Below are positions 1-9,346 of a DNA stretch of 64,000 nucleotides, piece after piece. Numbering within the stretch: position 1 is the stretch's first letter; each line of letters begins with the position of its first letter. Position numbers and translations under genes: made by a program. The notes under the pieces were generated by a model. The model searched no databases, had not been told where the DNA came from, and saw only the letters and a list, made by a program, of their open reading frames with translations. The DNA comes from Clostridia bacterium (GTDB taxonomy: Bacteria; Bacillota; Clostridia; Oscillospirales; CAG-272): NCBI GenBank assembly GCA_017462795.1, contig JAFTQL010000041.1:8489-72488 (forward strand), written 5' to 3'.

Positions 1-479
1 AGGAGGCGAGAGCGGATGAACCTCTATTTGAGAGATTTTACATAGAAGAGTTTGACAATGTACAGCCATCCTGCGGTTATAATCCCAAAGCGGCTGAGGC
101 GGTGGAGCAGATAAAGACCATGGGCTACCGTGTGGCTCTCGCCACAAATCCGCTGTTTCCGTCCATTGCTACCGAAAAGCGTATAAGATGGGCGGGGCTC
201 ACCCCCGATACCTTTGAGCTGTTCACATCCTATGAGAACTCAAGATATTGCAAGCCCAATCCTGAGTATTACAAGGATGTTATTGCTTCACTGGGAGTAA
301 GCGCCGAGGAATGTCTGATGGTAGGCAACGACGTGGGTGAGGACATGATAGCAGAGAGGCTCGGCATGAAGGTATTTCTTCTGACCGACTGCATGATAAA
401 CAAAAACGGAGAGGACATATCAAAGTATCCCCACGGTAGCTTTGACGAGCTGTTGACCTTCGTCAGAGAACAACTGTAA
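1..479 (+). CDS. HAD-superfamily hydrolase, C-terminal part (5' end outside window)
   Basis: The frame is open from the window edge to the TAA at 477-479. Segments ALATNPLFP and MVGNDVGEDM resemble the distal HAD motifs. Confidence 0.7.
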   Translation, partial: EARADEPLFERFYIEEFDNVQPSCGYNPKAAEAVEQIKTMGYRVALATNPLFPSIATEKRIRWAGLTPDTFELFTSYENSRYCKPNPEYYKDVIASLGVSAEECLMVGNDVGEDMIAERLGMKVFLLTDCMINKNGEDISKYPHGSFDELLTFVREQL

Positions 480-543
480 AAAAGCTTATAATCTGATTGC
501 AAAAAATTTATTTATGTAATTTTACTAAAACCGCAAAAAACAC

Positions 544-572
544 TTGACAATGTGATCGAAATGTGGTAATAT
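544..572 (+). promoter_or_regulatory. sigma-A-like promoter for the acyltransferase/GT8 operon
   Basis: TTGACA (544-549), a 17-nt spacer, then TAATAT (567-572) preceded by TG (extended -10). Confidence 0.5.
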
Positions 573-623
573 AGTATTGCAAACTATCTTGAATGGTAAC
601 TGAGAAAGGAGACCGATCGGGTT

Positions 624-1409
624 ATGGATAAGCGTAAGGTGATCTATTACGAGGATGAGCTGAATGACGAGTTCTCGCTGGCTCAGATCACGCCTATCGT
701 CATAGACAAAAATTATGTCTACGACTATGGAACGGCATGGAAACGGTTTACGCGCTTTTTCTGGTACCGTCTGGTGGCTACACCTATCGCTTTTGTGTAT
801 GCCAAGGTCGTTTTTCATCACAGGATAGTTGGTAAAAAGCTGCTTCGCGATCATAAGCAAACGGGCTATTTTATATATGGTAACCATACTCAGGACATCG
901 GAGACGCGGTCATCCCCAATCTTTTGCATATCGCCAAGGAATCGTATGTGATCGTTCATCCCAACAATGTTTCCATTCCCGTCATCGGTAAGATAGTGCC
1001 TTCCCTTGGGGGAATACCTCTGCCTGACGATATGGACGCTTATCGCAACTTTCTCAAGGTTATAGATAAGCGAATAGGGGAAGGGGCAAAGATAGTTATA
1101 TATCCCGAGGCGCACATATGGCCGTTTTATACAGGCATACGCCCATTTCCCGACACCTCATTTCACTATCCCATAAAGTGTGGTGTTCCCGCCTTTTGCT
1201 TTACCAATACCTATCAGAAGAGACGGTGGTCGAAAAAACCGAGGATAGTCACTTATATAGATGGTCCCTTTTATCCGGACGAGTCTGTTCCGCCAAGAAA
1301 GCGCAAGGGCGAGCTCCGTGACAGGATATATGCCTGTATGTGCGAGCGCGCCAGGATGTCCGAGGTGGAGTGGATAAAATACATCAAAAAGGAAAAGGAC
1401 AATGGTTAA
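624..1409 (+). CDS. lysophospholipid/glycerol-phosphate acyltransferase-like protein (PlsC/LPLAT superfamily)
   Basis: YGNHTQDIGD block and IVIYPEAHIWP block follow the LPLAT layout. Same block order as the C-terminal half of the 2235-4019 product. Confidence 0.6.
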   Translation: MDKRKVIYYEDELNDEFSLAQITPIVIDKNYVYDYGTAWKRFTRFFWYRLVATPIAFVYAKVVFHHRIVGKKLLRDHKQTGYFIYGNHTQDIGDAVIPNLLHIAKESYVIVHPNNVSIPVIGKIVPSLGGIPLPDDMDAYRNFLKVIDKRIGEGAKIVIYPEAHIWPFYTGIRPFPDTSFHYPIKCGVPAFCFTNTYQKRRWSKKPRIVTYIDGPFYPDESVPPRKRKGELRDRIYACMCERARMSEVEWIKYIKKEKDNG

Positions 1410-2238
1410 TATATTATTTTGCGGAAACGACAAGGTGTTTGACGGTATGCTCACCTGCGCGCTGTCCATACTTAAAAGAACGCAGTCGCAAGAGCCCTTC
1501 GCATTTTACGTTTTCACTATGGACGTGTCCCATATAAAGGATACCTACGTTCCCGTTACCGACGCGCAGACGGAGTTCTTTGAGAACATTATAAAGCAGT
1601 ATAATCACGGAAATACTGTGAAGAAGGTAGACGTGACGGATATATATATGTCGGAGTTCGGAGGTTGTCCCAATGAGGGCGCCTATTGCTCTCCATATAC
1701 GCTCATCCGCCTGTTTGCCGACAAGATAGAGGGGCTGCCCGACAAGCTTCTTTATCTTGATGTGGATATAATGTTCAATCGTGACGTACACCTGCTTTAT
1801 GATACCGACATTGAGGGATATGAGTACGCGGCGGCAAGGGATCATTACGGGAAGTACCTCATTCGTCCCGATTATGTCAACGCGGGAGTGCTGCTGTTCA
1901 ACCTGCGCCACATGAAGGAGACCGGACTTCTCGCCAAGGCGAGGGAGCTTATCAAGACCAAAAAGCTGTTGTTTGCCGACCAGAGCGCCATTATCCGCTC
2001 CACCACCAAAAAGAAGATGCTTCCACAGCGCTTCAATGACCAGAAGTTTTTGCACAAGCATACCGTGGTAAGGCATTTTTCAAAGCGGCTTTTCTGGTTG
2101 CCCTATCCCCACACCGACAACATAAAGCAGTGGCAGGTCAGTCGTGTCCATAAGGTGTTCAGATATTATCAGTTTGATGATATTCTGTACGAGTACATTT
2201 ATTTGAAAGAGAAATTTAACAGAGAGGTGAAACAATGA
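1402..2238 (+). CDS. glycosyltransferase family 8
   Basis: LYLDVDIMF (DxD) and NAGVLLFNL motifs. The start overlaps the upstream stop by 8 nt. Confidence 0.8.
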   Translation: MVNILFCGNDKVFDGMLTCALSILKRTQSQEPFAFYVFTMDVSHIKDTYVPVTDAQTEFFENIIKQYNHGNTVKKVDVTDIYMSEFGGCPNEGAYCSPYTLIRLFADKIEGLPDKLLYLDVDIMFNRDVHLLYDTDIEGYEYAAARDHYGKYLIRPDYVNAGVLLFNLRHMKETGLLAKARELIKTKKLLFADQSAIIRSTTKKKMLPQRFNDQKFLHKHTVVRHFSKRLFWLPYPHTDNIKQWQVSRVHKVFRYYQFDDILYEYIYLKEKFNREVKQ

Positions 2239-4019
2239 CAGATCAGATAATCCCGGTATTTTACGCTTGCGACGACAATTTTGTAAAGTACACCATCGTG
2301 TCCATGCATTCCATGATACAGAATGCGTCCAAGGAATACAAATATCACGTATATATATTGCACACGGGTATCTCCGAGGGCATGATGCAAAAGGTGTATG
2401 AGCTTGCCAACGATAATTTTGAGATATCCTTTGAGGACGTTACATCCTACCTTCGTTCCATTGCCGACAAGCTTCCCATAAGAGATTATTATTCAAAGAC
2501 TACCTATTACCGTCTGTTTATTGCCGAGATGTTTCCGGAGTACGATAAGGCTATATACATTGACAGCGATACGGTGGTGCAGGGAGACATGAGCGAGCTG
2601 TACAATACCGATATCAAGGACGCGTATCTTGGCGCGTGCCACGAGCAGGCAATGGTACAGGTGGACGAATACGGCACGTACGCGGAGAAGGTCGTCGGAA
2701 TCTCCAGATACAATTTCTTTAATGCGGGTATGCTGCTTATTAACTGTCATCAGTTCCGCATTCGCTTTATTCTTGATAAATTCATTCAGTATCTGCATAT
2801 CTATAATTTTGTGGTCACGCAGGATGAGGACTATCTCAATCTTATCTGTAAGGATCATGTTTATTGGTTGGATCAGCGCTGGAATACCGAGATATTCGGG
2901 GATATTCCTTATCCCATATCCGAGGCAAAGGTGCTTCACTATATTATGACAAGCAAGCCATGGCATTACGAGGATTGCAGACACGGAGATGTGTTCTGGA
3001 AGTATGCTGAGGAAACATCTGTTTATGATGAGATACTTGATGTGCTGAACGCCTATACCGACGAGGAGAGGGAGAGAGACCGCGTTTCCTGCGACAATCT
3101 TCTCGCGCTTGCCGTAAAGGAGACAAACAGAGAGGATAATTTCCTCAATCAGATGAATAAGGCGAAGAGATCCAAGGACAGAGTCGCTATACTGCAAAAG
3201 ATAGAGGAATACGAAAGAACGGGCAGATTTGACGAGGACGTGGAGGACGATCCCCCCGCCAGAGTGCTTATGCCCGAGGATATCGACTACCTCAAGAAGT
3301 CTGTTGCGGATAAGCTCAAGACCAGATTTGCCTTTATGATAGCCAGAAAGTTTGTTGATAATCTTATTGCCGAAAAAAAGCTTATCATAAAGGAGATAAA
3401 GGGAATAGAGAACTTCAGAAATCTCAACAGCGGAGCTATTATCACCTGCAATCACTTCAATGCCTTTGACAGCTTTGCCATACAGCTTGCCTATGAGGCG
3501 GCGGAGCAACCCGACAGAATATTTTACAGGGTCATAAGAGAGGGCAACTACACATCCTTCCCCGGCTTTTACGGATTTCTGATGAGACATTGCTACACTC
3601 TTCCTCTGTCATCTAACCTCAAGACGCTGAGCAAGTTTACCGAGGCGACGGGACAGCTGCTGAGAGAGGGCAATTTTGTGCTTGTGTATCCCGAGCAGAG
3701 CATGTGGTGGAATTACCGCAAGCCCAAGCCTCTGAAGACGGGAGCGTATATCTTTGCCGCCAAGAATAACGTGCCTGTTTTGCCGTGTTTTATTACCATG
3801 CAGGATTCGGATATTACAGGTGAGGACGGATTTGCGGTGCAGGAATACACCATACACATCGGCGAGCCTATCTATCCCCGCGAGGATCTGAAATACAGAC
3901 AGAATATAACCTACATGCTTGAGGAAAACGCCAGAGTGTGGAAGGAAATATACGAAAGCGAATATCATATTCCGTTGACGTATACCACGGTCACACCCGA
4001 TAACAATGAGGTTGTATAA
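2235..4019 (+). CDS. bifunctional GT8 glycosyltransferase / LPLAT-type acyltransferase fusion protein
   Basis: N-terminal half has IYIDSDTVV (DxD), NAGMLLIN and HYIMTSKPW. C-terminal half has CNHFNAFD (HX4D) and LVYPEQSMWW. ATGA overlap with the upstream gene. Confidence 0.8.
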   Translation: MTDQIIPVFYACDDNFVKYTIVSMHSMIQNASKEYKYHVYILHTGISEGMMQKVYELANDNFEISFEDVTSYLRSIADKLPIRDYYSKTTYYRLFIAEMFPEYDKAIYIDSDTVVQGDMSELYNTDIKDAYLGACHEQAMVQVDEYGTYAEKVVGISRYNFFNAGMLLINCHQFRIRFILDKFIQYLHIYNFVVTQDEDYLNLICKDHVYWLDQRWNTEIFGDIPYPISEAKVLHYIMTSKPWHYEDCRHGDVFWKYAEETSVYDEILDVLNAYTDEERERDRVSCDNLLALAVKETNREDNFLNQMNKAKRSKDRVAILQKIEEYERTGRFDEDVEDDPPARVLMPEDIDYLKKSVADKLKTRFAFMIARKFVDNLIAEKKLIIKEIKGIENFRNLNSGAIITCNHFNAFDSFAIQLAYEAAEQPDRIFYRVIREGNYTSFPGFYGFLMRHCYTLPLSSNLKTLSKFTEATGQLLREGNFVLVYPEQSMWWNYRKPKPLKTGAYIFAAKNNVPVLPCFITMQDSDITGEDGFAVQEYTIHIGEPIYPREDLKYRQNITYMLEENARVWKEIYESEYHIPLTYTTVTPDNNEVV

Positions 4020-4040
4020 GATATCTTAAAATCATATAAC

Positions 4041-4075
4041 GCAAAAGCACGAGAGTTATGCTCTCGTGCTTTTGC
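4041..4075. terminator. bidirectional terminator hairpin between convergent genes
   Basis: Perfect 15-bp stem gcaaaagcacgagag / ctctcgtgcttttgc with a 5-nt loop. Confidence 0.6.
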
Positions 4076-4155
4076 GTTGACCGTGTTAATTATTATTTTC
4101 TTCTTTTTGCAAGCCGCTATGGATATTGATACGGCAAACAAATATATAATATGTC

Positions 4156-4794
4156 TCAATTTAATAATATTTGCTTCAATTTTATTGCAACATCTTTTCC
4201 CAAATACTCAAACGCCTGTTTTGTGAGATGGCAATAATCGGAATAACATTCACTGCCAAATTCCCGTACTGTTGCATTCAAATCGCTTACAATAATGTTT
4301 TCATTTTTTGCAACATTAACAGCGATCTCATTGTATTTGTCGATCTCCGCATTATATCGTGGATTGACACCGACGACACCGTTTGGATTCATTGGCGTTG
4401 TAGTGGCAAAAACAATTTCCGCATTACAAAAATATTGTCTGAGCAGATAGATTATCATTTTTATATTTTTGGCGTATTCGTTCTCGCTCGTAAGAGCAAG
4501 CTCATATCCATTCCAGTGTGCCACATCCCAGTGTCCGCAATTGAACTGTACAATATCAACTCTGTCGGGACGGTCAAACGTATTCGCCCATGTTCTCATA
4601 GATGTTATTACGTTTTGAGTACTTTCACAATTACTCTTGGGATAAAATACCTCGGCAATGTCCGCAAGCTCCTCAGCTACTGTGGCACAGTATCCCTGTC
4701 GTATAGAATCACCTATCAAAAAAATATTTCTCTTGCTGTCACTACACCTGAATACTATCTTAGAATCACCGTTTTCTATCCATTTTGTTGCCAT
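4156..4794 (-). CDS. SGNH/GDSL-family hydrolase
   Basis: FLIGDSIRQGY (block I), CGHWD and DYCHLT (block V). Start set at the ATG at 4794, preceded by GGAGG, rather than the GTG at 4821. Confidence 0.75.
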   Translation of the reverse strand: MATKWIENGDSKIVFRCSDSKRNIFLIGDSIRQGYCATVAEELADIAEVFYPKSNCESTQNVITSMRTWANTFDRPDRVDIVQFNCGHWDVAHWNGYELALTSENEYAKNIKMIIYLLRQYFCNAEIVFATTTPMNPNGVVGVNPRYNAEIDKYNEIAVNVAKNENIIVSDLNATVREFGSECYSDYCHLTKQAFEYLGKDVAIKLKQILLN

Positions 4795-4856
4795 TTTATC
4801 CTCCAAATCATCTGTGTCCACTGCTCAACCATGACGGTTGGGCAGTGGACAAGTTG

Positions 4857-6473
4857 TTATACGGGTACCGAACCCATGTGTATTATATTAACGGTTGAGA
4901 ATAGCTGCGCTCTGTTTATGTTTGTGCTTTCTTGCTCTTTTCTGTACGGCAGCAGCTCCTCCTCAAGCTCCTCGATCCGGTCTATCCTTCCGTTTACATA
5001 GTCAAGTATTCTTCTTCGACAGGAATCGGTGCGACGGATAAGCGCGCCTATGCGGTGATCCTGAACGTCAAAGCCATGGGGCTTGTTGTCCGCAAACCAC
5101 TGCTTTTCAAAGGCTTTGCCATACACATCTATCAGCTTTGAAGCCTTTACATATTCATTTCTTGCAAGTCGTTCAAGCTCTGCCTTGTCCCCCGCCTCAT
5201 ACGCCTTACGGGTACGGAGTCCAAGCTCGTATTTGATGGCAAGCACATCACAAAGCTTTGCGGCGGTGTCGAATACATAGCCGTATTTACGGCTCTTTTT
5301 TGCTGTGGCGTGAAGCTCGGCGGAATAAGCTATATATTTTTGTCCCGCACCCTCTTTTACGGTGTAGTCAAGGAAATCGTTGAAGTAATCGGAGTAGAGC
5401 ATATACTTTGACGGGTTGCGCGGTCTGCCCTCATAGGGGACGACGTCGTTGGGACAGTCGATATTCATAAACTCATCAAAATCAATGCCAACAAGTCTCT
5501 TGAAGCCTGCTTTTATTTTCTCTGCGTCTGTCACACCCTTTGCGTACTGAGCAATATAGTAAAGCGACGGTAGCTGAGAGAAATGTGAGCATTCCGCGCC
5601 GTCGTCTCCCCACATGGTCATGAACACATTTCTGATACCGTGCTTCTTGCAGGCATCAAGCGCGGGAAGCATGGACTCAATTGTAAAGCGGTTGAACGGT
5701 ATCATGCCGTACCAGCTCCACGAGCCGCCCGCAAACCATGTTTTGTCGGACAATTGCTTGTGGTTTTCTATCATATCGCTGTATGCTTTCTCCGTCGTCT
5801 TATAATAATCCCAATAAACGGGGATGATGTCCTTGCGGAAGCTGTCGACCACCTCTTGTGGAATTTCGCGTTTGGGTATTGCATACTTGCCGTTGTTCCA
5901 TGGCCTGAAATACATATCCGACCACAGCATGACCTCATAGCCGTATTTTTTTGCTGTTTCGCATACGCGGTCAAGGTGCCGTCTCATTATATCATTCACC
6001 GTCTCGTAGCCGTGAATGTCAAGGTGCTTTCCGCGTCCGAGCATGTGCGCTTCATCCATACCGATGTGTATTTTACGGGAGACAAAGCACTCCGAAAGCG
6101 TTGCAAACATACGGTCTATAAGCTCGTAGGTACGCTCGTCATCGGTAAGCAGGATATCATCGCAGTCTCTGGGGAATTTGCCCCAACGGAATATAGCGTT
6201 AAGATGTGCCAACGTCTGTATACACGGAATGACCGTTAATCCGAGACTTGCCGCAAAGGCATCTATCTCCTTCATTTCAGCCTTGGAATAGCGACCTCTC
6301 ATATAGCCGAAATAGGGCTCTCCGTCAACCTCATAGGTGTCCTCTGTGTAAAGCATAACGCAGTTGTAGCCCATCTTTTTCAGAAGCGGTAAAAAGCGTT
6401 TAAGTCCGTCAAGGCTCATAACGGCGTTTCTCGACATATCTATCATTACACCGAAGGTGTCAAAATTTTTCAT
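4857..6473 (-). CDS. glycoside hydrolase family 20 (beta-N-acetylhexosaminidase-like), cytoplasmic
   Basis: IHIGMDEAH (HxGxDE catalytic motif) and a TIM-barrel N-terminal pattern GVMIDMSRN. No signal peptide. Confidence 0.8.
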   Translation of the reverse strand: MKNFDTFGVMIDMSRNAVMSLDGLKRFLPLLKKMGYNCVMLYTEDTYEVDGEPYFGYMRGRYSKAEMKEIDAFAASLGLTVIPCIQTLAHLNAIFRWGKFPRDCDDILLTDDERTYELIDRMFATLSECFVSRKIHIGMDEAHMLGRGKHLDIHGYETVNDIMRRHLDRVCETAKKYGYEVMLWSDMYFRPWNNGKYAIPKREIPQEVVDSFRKDIIPVYWDYYKTTEKAYSDMIENHKQLSDKTWFAGGSWSWYGMIPFNRFTIESMLPALDACKKHGIRNVFMTMWGDDGAECSHFSQLPSLYYIAQYAKGVTDAEKIKAGFKRLVGIDFDEFMNIDCPNDVVPYEGRPRNPSKYMLYSDYFNDFLDYTVKEGAGQKYIAYSAELHATAKKSRKYGYVFDTAAKLCDVLAIKYELGLRTRKAYEAGDKAELERLARNEYVKASKLIDVYGKAFEKQWFADNKPHGFDVQDHRIGALIRRTDSCRRRILDYVNGRIDRIEELEEELLPYRKEQESTNINRAQLFSTVNIIHMGSVPV

Positions 6474-6519
6474 TTGATTTTATTCCTTTCTGCCGTGCTG
6501 TATGGCACAATACGATTGT

Positions 6520-6548
6520 ATTATAACATAATTTCCGTTGTCTGTAAA
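6520..6548 (-). promoter_or_regulatory. sigma-A-like promoter for the GH20 gene
   Basis: On the minus strand: TTTACA, 17 nt, then TG-n-TATAAT. Confidence 0.45.
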
Positions 6549-6591
6549 TATTTTGAAAACAAATTTTGAAACGCAATGTCTTGCTTTTCTC

Positions 6592-8370
6592 TCAAGTGCT
6601 TTGCTTTTCAGACAGCCAATCCTGTAAGGAATCACATCCGCTTGTTCCGACGGTGTACGGCACTACCAAGCGGACGACCCGACCGCCTGCTCCCGCAATG
6701 AACACTTCTTTTGCAAGATTAACCACACATTTATTGTAGGGGGCATCTTTAATGACCTCATAAGCGGTAGTTGCGCATGGCCACAGCACCACATCCGCCG
6801 ACGCATATTCATATACCCTAATAACATTAACATTGGTATCTCTTCCGACAGAGAACCCGTGATGCGCGACCTGTACTATGTCGCTCTTGAGATAGTCACC
6901 GTAAGTATTTGCGAGGACCTCGCACACATAATCGGTGGCATCAGCAAGCATCAAAAACTTTTGACCTCCCAATTCTATATTGAGACACGTAGATGTGGTA
7001 TTTCCTATTGTTAATATCTGCGGCGCGTAGTTTTCGGTGGTAAAAAGCACCTCAAACATCAGGTCGCCGAAGAAATATTTTTGACCCGCGTGAGCCTTTA
7101 TTATGCGTACTCCGTCAAATTTTTTAGCTTGGGCAAGAAGCACATTGCCCGAATCGACATCGCCGGCTTGCAAATTTCCGTCATATCGCGCGGTATCGCT
7201 GGGGAAATTGGCAATAAAGTGCTTCAGCGTCACCTTGTCGGCATATGTGTCCGCAAACACATAGAATGAACCCCAATGGTCAGAATGAGCGTGTGTGATC
7301 ACCCATGCGTCAATAACTATATTGTCAGGATCGGGAGCATATTTTTTCATATAATCATAAATGGCTTTCGCTGTATTCGCGTTCTTATAGCCGCCATCAA
7401 TTATTGTGAATCCCCCTTCAGACGACTGAATTACAAGAGACAGACCTCCTGAATCTCTGGTTTCCTTTGGAGGGTAGGCGAGTCCAAGTATTGAAATGCT
7501 TGGCTCGACAAGCTTCTGACATTCCTCGGTAGGCTCAAGCGTAGGAAGTGTGGAGAGCGGCTCTATGTTTACTTTCACGGTGTTTTCGTATGCGGTATAT
7601 GACGCGTTTACGATGTATTTATCGTTTATATATGTCGCAAATTTGTTTTCCTTTATCTGATTGTCGGTGTAAAACTCAAAGCCCGAGCTTTCAAGCTTGG
7701 AAAGGTAGGAGGTATATGACTCCGCGGTAGTGTCTGATACCACCAGCATATAGTTGTCGTTACCGTTATCATATACACAGTCTTTTTTTCCACCGTCATA
7801 CGTGGGAAGCGCGTTTACAGATTGGACTCCCGTTCCCGTGAGATTTATATCCGCGGAAACGGCAAAGCTTCCTTCTGTTCCGTTTGAAAGCAGCTCCATT
7901 CCAAATGCGGTTATAGCATCGGCAAGCGCGTCAGAGCTGAGCGCGTTTATTACCAGCTTATTATTTACAAATTTTACGATATAATCTCCGTATCCGATCC
8001 CCTCAAGAGCCGTTGCGGATTCTTCGCGTGAGGTAACTCCCACAAGTATCTCTACGGTATCGCCGTTGTTGTTTGCGGACTGCTTATCGGTAGAGATCTT
8101 AGGGGTAGCTCCTGTTGCCGAAGCGAAAAGGTTGGACAGATTGTTTACAAGATCCTTAACTGTTGCCGTTGCTGTTGAGCTTCTGACTATCTTACACTTA
8201 GCAACACCGTCGCTTACAAGCGATATGCTGCCTGAGGTAACGGGTATCTCATCTGTTGTGATCTGATTGGTTTCATTATCACCTGTATCATTGACGCACG
8301 ATGCGAGAGAAGAAATGAGTATAAGAAGCACCAGCGTAAATGCTATGGCTTTATTTAATAAATGTTTCAT
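6592..8370 (-). CDS. lipoprotein with C-terminal metallo-beta-lactamase-fold domain (locus A copy)
   Basis: Lipobox LASC after a hydrophobic N-terminus. VITHAHSDHWG (HxHxDH). AAGGTGG RBS. Paralogous to 23789-25849. Confidence 0.75.
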   Translation of the reverse strand: MKHLLNKAIAFTLVLLILISSLASCVNDTGDNETNQITTDEIPVTSGSISLVSDGVAKCKIVRSSTATATVKDLVNNLSNLFASATGATPKISTDKQSANNNGDTVEILVGVTSREESATALEGIGYGDYIVKFVNNKLVINALSSDALADAITAFGMELLSNGTEGSFAVSADINLTGTGVQSVNALPTYDGGKKDCVYDNGNDNYMLVVSDTTAESYTSYLSKLESSGFEFYTDNQIKENKFATYINDKYIVNASYTAYENTVKVNIEPLSTLPTLEPTEECQKLVEPSISILGLAYPPKETRDSGGLSLVIQSSEGGFTIIDGGYKNANTAKAIYDYMKKYAPDPDNIVIDAWVITHAHSDHWGSFYVFADTYADKVTLKHFIANFPSDTARYDGNLQAGDVDSGNVLLAQAKKFDGVRIIKAHAGQKYFFGDLMFEVLFTTENYAPQILTIGNTTSTCLNIELGGQKFLMLADATDYVCEVLANTYGDYLKSDIVQVAHHGFSVGRDTNVNVIRVYEYASADVVLWPCATTAYEVIKDAPYNKCVVNLAKEVFIAGAGGRVVRLVVPYTVGTSGCDSLQDWLSEKQST

Positions 8371-8404
8371 AATACCACCTTATTCTTATTTTGTATTTTA
8401 TGTA

Positions 8405-9334
8405 TTACATACACCGATCGGAAGCTATCTCGCTTCTGAAATGACAGCCGATATCATAAATCAGCTTTAACCATGGCTCAAGCATTTTTCTGTCGATAAC
8501 CTTAAGTGTTGTCTGCATAAACGTCTCAAAGCAGATATCACCCGAATATCCCACTTTGCGTAGCTCCTCGCAAAAGCTGCTCCACGCGACAGTACCCGTA
8601 TACGGAGCCTTATGCTGATCGGTAAGCCCCGCATTGTCATGAACGTGCAAGACCTTGATCCTTTTACCTAAAACGGGGATATAATTTCTTAAGTCAATAC
8701 GGAGAAGATTGAGATGACCCGTATCAAGACACAAGCCAAAGCATTCCTTTCCCGCAATGGAATTGTAGGTATCTATCATGTCTGCCGCTTCATGAGGGTC
8801 TGAGCAAACGCCCAATGCGATACCGCCCATTGACGCAAACAGATTTTCAAGGCACACGGTAACATCGGTCCCGAGCAACGTGGGGATAAGGCTTGTGTAG
8901 AGCTTATCGTTAAGTTCTCTTATAGATTCCTTTGTGTTGAACTCATCGTTTTTCTCAAGAGAAATGCCGTGAATAACAAGATATTTGCACCCGACCTGAT
9001 GGCAAAACAGGATATTCTTTTTGTATATCTCTATCATGCGGTCAAGCACCCACGGCTTGTCGGGAACGTAAGCGGGGAAGGGAGCGTGCGCCTGACCGAT
9101 GCTCAGCCCGTTTTTTCTTATTTGTGCAAGCTCATCCTCAAATGCGGCAAATATTTCCTCAATGCTCCGATCGTAGAAATTTCCGTCAAGCTCGCCCTTT
9201 CTTATAATAGCGCCGGAAAGACGATTGTTGAGATTCCAGTCAATAGCCTCAAAGCCTGCCTCGGCAAAAAGCCTGTATGTCTCGGCATATCCTATCTCGT
9301 CTGCTGTTCGTCCTGTTTGTATTCCTATTTTCAT
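8405..9334 (-). CDS. sugar phosphate isomerase/epimerase (xylose isomerase-like TIM barrel)
   Basis: FEAIDWN, VIHG, CLEN and LDTGH..HVHDN blocks typical of the AP-endonuclease-2/xylose-isomerase-like fold. The ATG at 9334 has a GGAG upstream. An alternative GTG at 9346 abuts the upstream stop. Confidence 0.75.
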   Translation of the reverse strand: MKIGIQTGRTADEIGYAETYRLFAEAGFEAIDWNLNNRLSGAIIRKGELDGNFYDRSIEEIFAAFEDELAQIRKNGLSIGQAHAPFPAYVPDKPWVLDRMIEIYKKNILFCHQVGCKYLVIHGISLEKNDEFNTKESIRELNDKLYTSLIPTLLGTDVTVCLENLFASMGGIALGVCSDPHEAADMIDTYNSIAGKECFGLCLDTGHLNLLRIDLRNYIPVLGKRIKVLHVHDNAGLTDQHKAPYTGTVAWSSFCEELRKVGYSGDICFETFMQTTLKVIDRKMLEPWLKLIYDIGCHFRSEIASDRCM

Positions 9335-9346
9335 ACTTTTCTCCAC

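Noticed and set aside
4818-4848. 13-bp hairpin (ccactgctcaacc / ggttgggcagtgg) between the GH20 stop and the SGNH start.
   Set aside because: It has no U-run and lies within a 60-nt intercistronic spacer of a likely operon. It is probably an mRNA stability or processing stem at most, with not enough evidence to call a terminator.
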